Of a stretch of 20,000 bases of DNA, positions 7,509-15,497 are shown one piece after another. Below the pieces are notes generated by a model. The model had not been told where the DNA came from, did not search any database, and was given only the letters and a program-made list of their open reading frames with translations. Where the stretch lies: IMG/VR virus record IMGVR_UViG_3300012953_000023. One strand, 5' to 3'. Source of the DNA: an uncultured virus (IMG/VR IMGVR_UViG_3300012953_000023) (Duplodnaviria > Heunggongvirae > Uroviricota > Caudoviricetes). Within the stretch, counting starts at the first letter, position 1, and each line of letters begins with the position of its first letter. The translations under genes and the position numbers were made by a program.

Positions 7509-9012
7509 TGTTAATCTCATGTATCTCGTACTTAAACTTTTCTTTACTGTATATCTTTATTCTCACGGCTGCATGCTGTAATGTATAATTCTTTTTAGAT
7601 TTCCAATGCATATCATCAGCTATATCAAAAACTTGGGTGCTTTTACCATCTTTTGTTTTTCGCAATCCTCTTCCTATTGATTGAAGGACTCTAATTTGAC
7701 TTTTACTAGGTGAAGCAAATATAATATTATGAAGACGCTTAATATTAATCCCTGTAGAAAAAGTGCCCATGGAAGCAACAATAATGGCATCTTCTTGTGT
7801 CTCAGTAATCTCCCTGATTTTCTCTCTTGTGTCAACATCTGTTTCTCCTGATACATAAAACAGTTTCCGAGATTTACGGCCATTGACTCCGAGTTTATCG
7901 GATAACATAGTATGCAATGGTTTACCGTGTTTCTCTACAAACTGAAATAATATTAATGTATTACCATCTTGGTCAAGTGCAAGATTAGATATAAAATTAT
8001 TCCGAGGGCCGTATTTAACAATAAAATCAATTTCTTCCTGGTATTTACTCTTAGCTACTTGTCTGCATATTTCTTCTTTATATTTTAAAAGCAATATTTT
8101 AATATCTAAATCAGCTAATGCCTTATTATCTATAAGTTCTTTAGTCGTAGTGACCTTATAAACTGGACCAAATAATCCTTCTAATACTAACTGATGTGTT
8201 TGTGTTCCATCAAGTGTACCAGTAGTTCCTATTCTATATTGAGCTTCTGTACATTTTTCCAATATAGCTGTAAGCGATTTAGCCTTAAAATTATGTGCCT
8301 CATCTCCTATTACCATACCATATCTTTGAAACCATTCGTGTTTTTCTTTATAAATTGATTGCCATGTGGTTATAGTAACGCGTTCTTTAAAATTATATTT
8401 ATCTTTACCTGCATATATCCTATGACATTGGCTTGAGGCTTCCCACTCATCAAATTGAGAATAGTCTGCAAAGTCAGAATACATTTGTTCTACAAGTGAA
8501 GTAGTAGGGACAATTATTAATACATCGTTGTCATACATTTCTAAGTAATATCTCAAGGCTAAATATATGATTAAACTCTTTCCAGATGCAGTAGGTGATA
8601 GTAGAAGGCTTTTAGTTTTCGAAAGCAAGAGCGAGAGTGCCGTAAGTTGGTAATCGCGAGGGGTTATACCCTCTCCGTTCACGCTAAGCCGTATTTCACT
8701 TAAAAAGGTATCAATGTCGTGGTCAAGGACCGTGTCAGGCCTTCCATAGAAGGCATCGTTATCTACCAAAATATCGTAATTTCTTACATCTGCAAACTCC
8801 TTAAGATACTCAAATAAACCAGTATATAATACCTTCTTTCTTAGGTCATATAGCCGTATTTTACCATCCCACATTCTATTTTTATATGCTGGCATAAATT
8901 TATAACCTGGCACATAAAAACAAAAGTGTTCTGACAACTCTTGTTCTATACTTGGTTCTGTTTTTATCTCAAGAAAAGCTTCGTTTTTCTTTTTAACCTT
9001 GATACTATCCAT
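7504..9012 (-). CDS. uvsW: SF2 DNA/RNA helicase UvsW
   Basis: PRDYQ Q-motif, SPTASGKS, DEAH, GTTGT, QSIGRGLR and N-terminal WDGKIRL. ATG overlaps the uvsY stop (TAATG). Confidence 0.96.
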   Translation of the reverse strand: MDSIKVKKKNEAFLEIKTEPSIEQELSEHFCFYVPGYKFMPAYKNRMWDGKIRLYDLRKKVLYTGLFEYLKEFADVRNYDILVDNDAFYGRPDTVLDHDIDTFLSEIRLSVNGEGITPRDYQLTALSLLLSKTKSLLLSPTASGKSLIIYLALRYYLEMYDNDVLIIVPTTSLVEQMYSDFADYSQFDEWEASSQCHRIYAGKDKYNFKERVTITTWQSIYKEKHEWFQRYGMVIGDEAHNFKAKSLTAILEKCTEAQYRIGTTGTLDGTQTHQLVLEGLFGPVYKVTTTKELIDNKALADLDIKILLLKYKEEICRQVAKSKYQEEIDFIVKYGPRNNFISNLALDQDGNTLILFQFVEKHGKPLHTMLSDKLGVNGRKSRKLFYVSGETDVDTREKIREITETQEDAIIVASMGTFSTGINIKRLHNIIFASPSKSQIRVLQSIGRGLRKTKDGKSTQVFDIADDMHWKSKKNYTLQHAAVRIKIYSKEKFKYEIHEINI

Positions 9013-9458
9013 TAGATTCCGCTAGTGAATTTTCTCCATTCAATCATATTTTTAATAGTCTGATGTCGCCATTTTACATTTTCTAATATCTCTTTTAAAG
9101 TATCACATATTTCTTGAGTATATTGCATTTTGGCTTGATGTTCTTGAATTAGTGGATCTGAATCATAAAACTTATCCATATCTCCCTTTAATACAGTAAG
9201 TCCATTTAACGGGTCATAATCCCATCCTTTACTGTCCATTTCTTCTTGACTCAATTTGCCGTTATAGTGCGACCATTTGTCCTTAAGTAGCACTTTAAAT
9301 TCAAGTTCGAGTTTTTTCAATCTGAGACGATTAACGCTAAGTAATTCTAGGTATTTACCGTGGAGCTTTGCTGAGTCCCTAGATGATTCATCAAGTGCAA
9401 GATCCTTTATTTCAGAATCTTTTTTCCACATTTCTAATATTTGTTCTAATGTATTCAT
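9012..9458 (-). CDS. uvsY: Recombination mediator protein UvsY
   Basis: WKKDS...KLHGKYL...YDSDP...IKNMIEWRKF pattern; gp3-uvsY-uvsW synteny. Confidence 0.92.
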   Translation of the reverse strand: MNTLEQILEMWKKDSEIKDLALDESSRDSAKLHGKYLELLSVNRLRLKKLELEFKVLLKDKWSHYNGKLSQEEMDSKGWDYDPLNGLTVLKGDMDKFYDSDPLIQEHQAKMQYTQEICDTLKEILENVKWRHQTIKNMIEWRKFTSGI

Positions 9459-9483
9459 AATATCCTCATGTCATATAGTATAT

Positions 9484-9512
9484 ATTATACCATAAGACGG
9501 TTTAAAAGTACA
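9484..9512 (-). promoter_or_regulatory. sigma70-type promoter for uvsY-uvsW
   Basis: TGTACT(9512-9507)-17 nt-TATAAT(9489-9484), TG extended -10. Confidence 0.75.
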
Positions 9513-9515
9513 GGC

Positions 9516-9977
9516 TTATTTGAATTCGTATGAAGTGTATTCAAATGTAACAGTAGCTTTTAAATATTCAACTCCAGCTGTTGTATCAAATTCCAAAGCA
9601 TCTAATGATGTTGGAAAAATTCCGTTGAATCTCACTTCTTTAGATAGATTATTGTGAGAGTTTAAAATTAATAGAGTAGCATCTTCCTTAAAATCGCCTT
9701 TGCTATTAACAAAATCATGCATCCAATTATATGTTTCTATATAATTGTCTAGGTCTTCTGTGACGTTAAAGGTTAAACTTAAATCGCCAAATTCTAATCT
9801 GTTACCAGCTTCACTAAGTGCAACACCTTTATAAGGTATTTCAACACTGCCTAATGCTAATGAAGGTAAATTTACTGCGGTGCAAAAATATTCTATATTC
9901 GCAAACTTATTACGATTAATAGTAAATTGAAACCCTACAGGTGATAGAAAGTTTTTATTTGTAGTTAATGTAGCCAT
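9516..9977 (-). CDS. gp3: Tail completion / sheath stabiliser protein
   Basis: NFLSPVGFQF, VNLPSL, FNVTEDLDNYIE.YNWM, DATLLIL, FPTSL (tube-like fold); follows gp23. Start set to the ATG at 9977 (MATLTTNKNFL), downstream of the late box. Confidence 0.88.
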   Translation of the reverse strand: MATLTTNKNFLSPVGFQFTINRNKFANIEYFCTAVNLPSLALGSVEIPYKGVALSEAGNRLEFGDLSLTFNVTEDLDNYIETYNWMHDFVNSKGDFKEDATLLILNSHNNLSKEVRFNGIFPTSLDALEFDTTAGVEYLKATVTFEYTSYEFK

Positions 9978-9982
9978 ATATC

Positions 9983-9990
9983 TATTTATA
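9983..9990 (-). promoter_or_regulatory. T4-type late promoter TATAAATA
   Basis: Exact box just after the gp23 terminator, 5 nt before the gp3 ATG. Confidence 0.8.
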
Positions 9991-9993
9991 AGC

Positions 9994-10019
9994 AAAAGAA
10001 AGGGGAACTAAGTTCCCCT
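9994..10019 (-). terminator. Rho-independent terminator after the major capsid gene
   Basis: Minus strand AGGGGAAC-TTA-GTTCCCCT followed by TTCTTTT. Confidence 0.85.
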
Positions 10020-10048
10020 CTCTAGAATCTGATTAATTAATCAGTGGT

Positions 10049-11368
10049 TTACACCATGATGTCATCAATTCTGAAGATTCTGAAGTATGGGTTCTGACGG
10101 TTAGTACCGGCACCTGTAGCTGTTCCCACGAATGGGTTCTGCTGCATTCCATATCTTGTTTTGAATCCGATTCTTGGCTGGAAGTCATTCTCCCCAACTG
10201 CTTTAACCATAGTTAAAGGTACGTATGGGCAATAGAATAATCCTGCATCATATGGGTTAGCTCCTCTGTAACCAACACATGCGAAATCAACAGTTGCATA
10301 AGGATCGATGTAGACCTTTAGCTTACCGTTAAGAACACCTGCGAAAGTGTTACCAGTATCATCAACATTTAATTCTGTTGATAATGCAGGAGTATAATCC
10401 ATTTTACCAGCTGCTGCTAGAGCTGAAGCAACGTCTGAAGAAACGATTACAAAGTTACCTTTTCCTCTTCTTGTTTGCTTAGCGATAACGTTAGCTTCTC
10501 TTTCGAGTTGCATGATAAGACCTTTAAATCTTTCAACCATCCATCTACCATCTGAGTCAGTGTTGACATCAAAGATACCAGATACTGCTGTTGAAGATTG
10601 TAGAGCACCGATTGTTGCTTTCTGAAGAATTGTTCTAACAACTTCTCTGTTGATTTCCGCTAGGATCTCAGCAGATAGAATGTTAGCTAATTCGCCTTCA
10701 GCATCTAATCCGTGGATTGCTTTAAGGTCTTGTGCTAATTCCATTGTGTACTCAGCTTTTAGAGCTCTTGACTTAGCTTCAACTGTAGCTTTCTCGATTG
10801 AGAATGCCATTTCAGCAAAGTTAGTGCCGCCGCCGTCGCCTAAAGCTTCAGCTGCACCTGTGTCCATACCACTACCGAATGTAGAAACTGTATCAGCTTC
10901 GTCAGCAATAGAGACACCAGCATCTCCTGAATCAGCTACTCCGCCTAAACCTGTTGGTTCAGCTTGATGAGTACCTGTTCCTGAGAAATCAGTATCAGCT
11001 TCGTTGAATAGTGCTTCTGCACCAGCTTGAGTTCCATATCTGGACTTCATAGCAAAGATTAAACCTGTAGGTCCAGTCATTGGCTGTACTCCACAGATAT
11101 CGTATGCGATCAAATTAGGCATTGCTCTTCTGACAAGAGAGATTAATACTGGGTCAAAGTTTGAGATATTTGTACCAGTAGCATTATTCGCAACCTCGGA
11201 AATCATATTTCCTTGTGCGTGTGCTGCTTCTTGTCTGAGGGCGATTTCCTGGTTTTCTAACAAGCGAGCTGTAACAGCTTTCTTGTAACGATCCTTGATT
11301 TCAGGAGCTTGATCATGCTCTAGAACTGGACCCCATTTTTCCATTAAGTTTGAATCTGCGTTAAACAT
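10049..11368 (-). CDS. gp23: Major capsid protein
   Basis: KWGPVLE, LLENQE, DPVLISLVRRAMPNLIAYDICGVQPMTGPTGLIFAM, ELAQDLKAIHGLDAE, FYCPYVPL, FQPRIGFKTRYG. Confidence 0.98.
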   Translation of the reverse strand: MFNADSNLMEKWGPVLEHDQAPEIKDRYKKAVTARLLENQEIALRQEAAHAQGNMISEVANNATGTNISNFDPVLISLVRRAMPNLIAYDICGVQPMTGPTGLIFAMKSRYGTQAGAEALFNEADTDFSGTGTHQAEPTGLGGVADSGDAGVSIADEADTVSTFGSGMDTGAAEALGDGGGTNFAEMAFSIEKATVEAKSRALKAEYTMELAQDLKAIHGLDAEGELANILSAEILAEINREVVRTILQKATIGALQSSTAVSGIFDVNTDSDGRWMVERFKGLIMQLEREANVIAKQTRRGKGNFVIVSSDVASALAAAGKMDYTPALSTELNVDDTGNTFAGVLNGKLKVYIDPYATVDFACVGYRGANPYDAGLFYCPYVPLTMVKAVGENDFQPRIGFKTRYGMQQNPFVGTATGAGTNRQNPYFRIFRIDDIMV

Positions 11369-11390
11369 TTTTTGTTTTCCCCTATTTAGA

Positions 11391-12500
11391 TTACTTATTA
11401 AATTTAGTTATAGCTTGAGTGTATCTAGTCATGACATCAGATAAATCAACTTCTTGATTATCTTCGCCTAATAGACTGTCTACTTCGTCAGCTGTTTCAT
11501 TAACTTCTTTTGTGAAGTATGATTCTTTAACAGTTTTTACTTTCATTTCGAAAGTTTCTTTGTTATCAAAATCAATGTCTTCAACCAAAGATGCTAGTTT
11601 TTCAGCTTCAGTTTCAGCAAGCCCTGAAGATTGTTCTCTAACTACTTGAGCTCTTTCGTGAGATTGAACTTTATTAAATAATTCGATTGAATCTTCTGTG
11701 GATTTATTGAGTTGTTCTTCTAGTTCAGAAACCTGTGAATTAAGATCATCCACTAAGTCGACTTTACCTTCTGGAACTTCAATGTAATGTTCCTTGAATA
11801 CTGATTGTAATGAAGTCATGAATTCTTCAGCAATTTCAGTCCTTAGACCTTCAGTAACTGCTAGTTCATTATCTTTCATCCAGTTTTCAACTACATAATT
11901 TAGGTATGAATCTACCTTCTCTACCAAAGAGCTCTGAATTTCAGAAACTTCTTCTTCGAGATTTTGCGCGTATTCGCCTTCTAGTCTTTCAATTTCTTGA
12001 GTTAACTTAGATGTTAATACAGCTTCGAATATAGCTCCAGCCTTTCCTCTGAATTCATCAGAAAGTGTAGCTTCTTCTTTAACCAATGCATCTAAATCTT
12101 CGTCGAAATCAACTGATTCAACTTTAGCTTTAGCATCGCTTGGCTTAGCTTTGATGGTTTTATCCCCTTCGGGTTTAACAACATCAATTGCCTTTTTAAC
12201 TGAACCGTCATCTTCGGCCTCGTCCATTTGTGACATTTTTGCAAATAGTTTTTGCGCGTCTTCTTTTCTAGCCTTCTTAAGCATTTCAACAGCAGCTTGG
12301 ATAACACCGGCTTTAGTTTTTGGAATAGATACTGCTTCAGCAACGTCTTCTTCTACAACTTCTTCCGCTTCTTCCTGAACTTCTTCTGCTTCTGTTTCCT
12401 CGTCTAAATTCTCATTTTCAACAAGCTCTTCAGAAACTTCTTCTGTTTCAACATGCTCTTCGACTATTTCGTTTTCTACTTTGTTTTCGTCGATTGACAT
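11391..12500 (-). CDS. gp22: Prohead core scaffold protein
   Basis: Very acidic; LSDEFRGKAGAIFEAV, KVDSYLNYVVENWM, FKEHYIEVPE. GGAG SD before ATG at 12500; the track's 12566 start overlaps gp21. Confidence 0.92.
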   Translation of the reverse strand: MSIDENKVENEIVEEHVETEEVSEELVENENLDEETEAEEVQEEAEEVVEEDVAEAVSIPKTKAGVIQAAVEMLKKARKEDAQKLFAKMSQMDEAEDDGSVKKAIDVVKPEGDKTIKAKPSDAKAKVESVDFDEDLDALVKEEATLSDEFRGKAGAIFEAVLTSKLTQEIERLEGEYAQNLEEEVSEIQSSLVEKVDSYLNYVVENWMKDNELAVTEGLRTEIAEEFMTSLQSVFKEHYIEVPEGKVDLVDDLNSQVSELEEQLNKSTEDSIELFNKVQSHERAQVVREQSSGLAETEAEKLASLVEDIDFDNKETFEMKVKTVKESYFTKEVNETADEVDSLLGEDNQEVDLSDVMTRYTQAITKFNK

Positions 12501-12510
12501 AACATTCTCC

Positions 12511-13167
12511 CTATTTAGAGTTTTTGAGTTTAGAGAGGAAATTCTTAAAAGCTTTAATTTCAACATCCGGTCTAACCGAACGTTTGGCTTCTTTTATTTC
12601 AGTCTCAATTCTTTCAATTTCCTGTGGAACTAATACATCATTCTCCCATATCCAATCGACTCCTTCCATAATACCATTGACAAATGCAGCAGGAGCACTA
12701 GGATCCTGTACAATATCAACAGTAGCTAATAGAAAGTCGTCATTCACGAATGTTGTACCTTGTTTCTGCACAAGACTACCCATACCACGACTTGATACTC
12801 CAAGCTTTACGCCACCTTCTAACAAACCTTTTACGATTTGTCCCATAGGGGTGTCTAAGATTGAAGCTTTTCCTACAACATCACTTCCTTCAAATCTGAG
12901 ATCTGTGATTTTGTGTGAAACTTTATCAAGATTGATAGTCGGTCCATCAGGGTGATTTAATTCACCAACCGCTCTACCAGTCTTTACTTGTTCTGTAACG
13001 TATTTATCTACCGCTTTTTCTAAAATTTTCTTTTCATATATACGGCCGTTACGGTTTTTCTTATCTGCTTGCATAAATACGCCTTCAATTGCAAGCGATT
13101 TCTTACCGTTAACTTTTTCTTCGATAACCTCTATATGGCTATCATTATATTCTGATATTAACTTCAT
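12511..13167 (-). CDS. gp21: Prohead protease
   Basis: IEGVFMQA..KNRNGRIY, GELNHP, GVSSRGMGS, DIVQDPSAP. Confidence 0.96.
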   Translation of the reverse strand: MKLISEYNDSHIEVIEEKVNGKKSLAIEGVFMQADKKNRNGRIYEKKILEKAVDKYVTEQVKTGRAVGELNHPDGPTINLDKVSHKITDLRFEGSDVVGKASILDTPMGQIVKGLLEGGVKLGVSSRGMGSLVQKQGTTFVNDDFLLATVDIVQDPSAPAAFVNGIMEGVDWIWENDVLVPQEIERIETEIKEAKRSVRPDVEIKAFKNFLSKLKNSK

Positions 13168-13168
13168 G

Positions 13169-13357
13169 TTAATCCTCTAAAGATTTTTCTTCCTCTGATG
13201 TTTCTCCAGTACTTCTGGAAACCAAAGTTGATGCAATTTCAATCTTCTTTGCATCTAGTCCAGCTGATATTTTGTCAGCCATTATACCATCAAAGCTTTT
13301 GTTTGCTGATACATTATCACCTTTTTTCAAATCATTAATTAAATTCTCAATACTCAT
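13169..13357 (-). CDS. Small prohead core protein (gp67-like by position)
   Basis: 62-aa ORF with GAGGA SD and a late promoter, between portal and protease; acidic C-terminus. Confidence 0.7.
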   Translation of the reverse strand: MSIENLINDLKKGDNVSANKSFDGIMADKISAGLDAKKIEIASTLVSRSTGETSEEEKSLED

Positions 13358-13375
13358 AGTTTATTCCTCTGCTAT

Positions 13376-13383
13376 TATTTATA
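13376..13383 (-). promoter_or_regulatory. T4-type late promoter TATAAATA
   Basis: Exact box in the intergenic gap after the portal gene. Confidence 0.8.
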
Positions 13384-13395
13384 TAAATGTTGTTC

Positions 13396-14892
13396 TTAAC
13401 CGAACCTTGGATCGTCTGGATCAGGCATTACGTTATCACCATCATCAGTTTCTTTATCGATCTGTTTCTTTATAATTTCGATATCTTCGTCAGAAAATCT
13501 GAGAACATTCTTTCTTACCCATTCATTAGAGATATATGTACCTACAAATTCATCTAATGAACTAAGCATATCGAATCGCTCTTTCCATATTTCGGCTTCT
13601 TTCAATTCAGCAAAATAATTATCTTCAATATAATCAAACTGGATATTTTCTTTCCAATCAGCCCAGTCTTCTTTAGTGATAATACCTTTTAACAATAATT
13701 GTGTTTTAAGTAATTGCATGAATAGATCACTAAATCTTTTTCTTAATCTATCAATAAATTTCTTAAATTTTACTTCATCTCTTGTTATTTCAGATGCTCT
13801 ACCTAGCGAAAATTGTGATTCTTGTTCTAATCTATTAATAGGTACATTAAGTGATCTATATAATTTCTTTTGGAAATATATAATATCTTCTATTTGACCT
13901 AAATTTTCGCCACCTGGTAATGTAGATATTTCAGTTCCTCTTCCACCTTCTCTTCTTGGTAAAAAGAAATCTTCCAACATTGACATATGTTTCTTATCGT
14001 CTTTTATATCACCAGTTTTAGCATCATATATTAACTTATTTCTATATTGATTCATAATATTTTTTAAATATTCTTCAGCCTTACCTTTAGGCAAGTTACC
14101 TACATCAATATAAAAAATTCTTCTTTCAGGAGCTCTTGATATTCTATAAATTACCAATGAGTCTTCCATCATTCTAAGTTGATTTACTGGCTTAATAGCC
14201 TTTTGTAAATAACTCATAATTCTTTTTCTGGATTGATCCATTATACCAGATGTTGCATATGCTATTGCATCTGGATGAATTTTTATCCCTTGATTATATT
14301 TTCCTAATGCATTATCCTGGAACATATAATATTCTTTTTGTTTTTTAATTATTTTAGCACCAGTCTTAGGATCATCCTCCTCTTCAACTTCTTTTACCTT
14401 TCGAAGTTTTGTAGGATCTATATATCTTAATTCTTTTATACCAGCCTTAGGATTTTTTTGATCAATGATTATATGATATGGTAATCTACCATCAACATAC
14501 CATCTTCTAAAAATATCGTGTGCATAAGAATTAAAATTTAGTAGCGAAAGTAATTTACTAAATTCAATTTGTACCGATTTCTTAATCTTATCAGATGTTT
14601 GAACTTCATCTAATATAAGATTTAAAGGCACATCGTCATGATCACCAACAATAGATTCATTGATGATATCTTCGATTGCAGCATCGCACTCAGGCTGACC
14701 TGCAATATCTCTATATTTTAAAATGAGATCTATTTCATTTTTAGCCTTATCACCATCTATATCTAGGTAAGCACCAAAATGTCCACCGGCTTGGATAACA
14801 CCTGCACCATCTTCATCTGTTTTTGGAACAAATGATGGTAGGTTTTTTTCCGCACCTTTTCTATTAATCTCAAATCCAAAAAATTCTGCCAT
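13396..14892 (-). CDS. gp20: Portal vertex protein
   Basis: FRRWYVDGR, NQLRMMEDSLVIYRISRAPERRIFYIDVGNLPK, EDFFLPRREGGRGTEISTLPGG, ITRDEVKF. Confidence 0.97.
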   Translation of the reverse strand: MAEFFGFEINRKGAEKNLPSFVPKTDEDGAGVIQAGGHFGAYLDIDGDKAKNEIDLILKYRDIAGQPECDAAIEDIINESIVGDHDDVPLNLILDEVQTSDKIKKSVQIEFSKLLSLLNFNSYAHDIFRRWYVDGRLPYHIIIDQKNPKAGIKELRYIDPTKLRKVKEVEEEDDPKTGAKIIKKQKEYYMFQDNALGKYNQGIKIHPDAIAYATSGIMDQSRKRIMSYLQKAIKPVNQLRMMEDSLVIYRISRAPERRIFYIDVGNLPKGKAEEYLKNIMNQYRNKLIYDAKTGDIKDDKKHMSMLEDFFLPRREGGRGTEISTLPGGENLGQIEDIIYFQKKLYRSLNVPINRLEQESQFSLGRASEITRDEVKFKKFIDRLRKRFSDLFMQLLKTQLLLKGIITKEDWADWKENIQFDYIEDNYFAELKEAEIWKERFDMLSSLDEFVGTYISNEWVRKNVLRFSDEDIEIIKKQIDKETDDGDNVMPDPDDPRFG

Positions 14893-14916
14893 ATATTATA
14901 ACCTCAAAATATTATT

Positions 14917-14934
14917 GGAGGGATTTCTCCCTCC
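14917..14934 (-). promoter_or_regulatory. GNRA-capped hairpin in the gp19-gp20 intergenic region
   Basis: Minus strand GGAGGGA-GAAA-TCCCTCC, between the late box and the portal SD (GAGG). Confidence 0.7.
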
Positions 14935-14942
14935 TCTAATAT

Positions 14943-14950
14943 TATTTATA
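14943..14950 (-). promoter_or_regulatory. T4-type late promoter TATAAATA
   Basis: Exact box just downstream of the gp19 stop. Confidence 0.8.
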
Positions 14951-14957
14951 CATCTTA

Positions 14958-15485
14958 TTATGATGTAGTATTTGACTCCCAGTATTGAATTTGCATCTCT
15001 ACTGTAAATTCTTCTATAGCTGTTGCCTCATCATAGCTGAGTTCAATCGCTCCAACGTTAGTTGGGAAGGTTCCTCTAAAGTCATATTTTTTAACTGATT
15101 TACCTGAGTTATCTAATTGTTCTACAATCATGTCAGCCATATAATCAGTTGGGTTTGCAAGTCCAGTATTAGCGCTGTGTGCGTTAATTCCATTACTCCA
15201 AATTTCAAATGCATCCCTTACTGCAAAGTCAGTATCATTAAGAACCGTGATTGACCACGCTTCAAATTGTCTGTCTCCTGCCATTAACAGTTTTCTACCT
15301 CTGAATGGTACCTCAACGACACCTAAGATAGAAGCTGGTAATTGTGCAGCTTTTACCATAAATGAAGCGACTTCTACATCCGCTCCAACATATGTAGGAA
15401 AGTTACATGTAACTTTGAATAGGTTAGGTCTTGCTCCACCGCCTGTTAGCTTTGATTTAAAATCGTCTACGCCTAAAATTGCCAT
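14958..15485 (-). CDS. gp19: Tail tube protein
   Basis: GGGARPNLFKV, LPAS..G...VPFRGR..AGDR.F..W, FPTNVGAIELSYD; AGGAG SD. Confidence 0.96.
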   Translation of the reverse strand: MAILGVDDFKSKLTGGGARPNLFKVTCNFPTYVGADVEVASFMVKAAQLPASILGVVEVPFRGRKLLMAGDRQFEAWSITVLNDTDFAVRDAFEIWSNGINAHSANTGLANPTDYMADMIVEQLDNSGKSVKKYDFRGTFPTNVGAIELSYDEATAIEEFTVEMQIQYWESNTTS

Positions 15486-15497
15486 TTTTCTCTCCTA

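Noticed and set aside
476..12343. Short out-of-frame minus-strand ORFs (476, 2591, 6048, 7674, 10447, 12092)
   Set aside because: Nested in conserved genes, with no motif support.
12501..12566. Track N-terminal extensions of gp22 (12566), gp3 (9995) and the AAA+ gene (1160)
   Set aside because: They overlap the upstream gene, terminator/promoter or SD; downstream ATGs fit the signals better.
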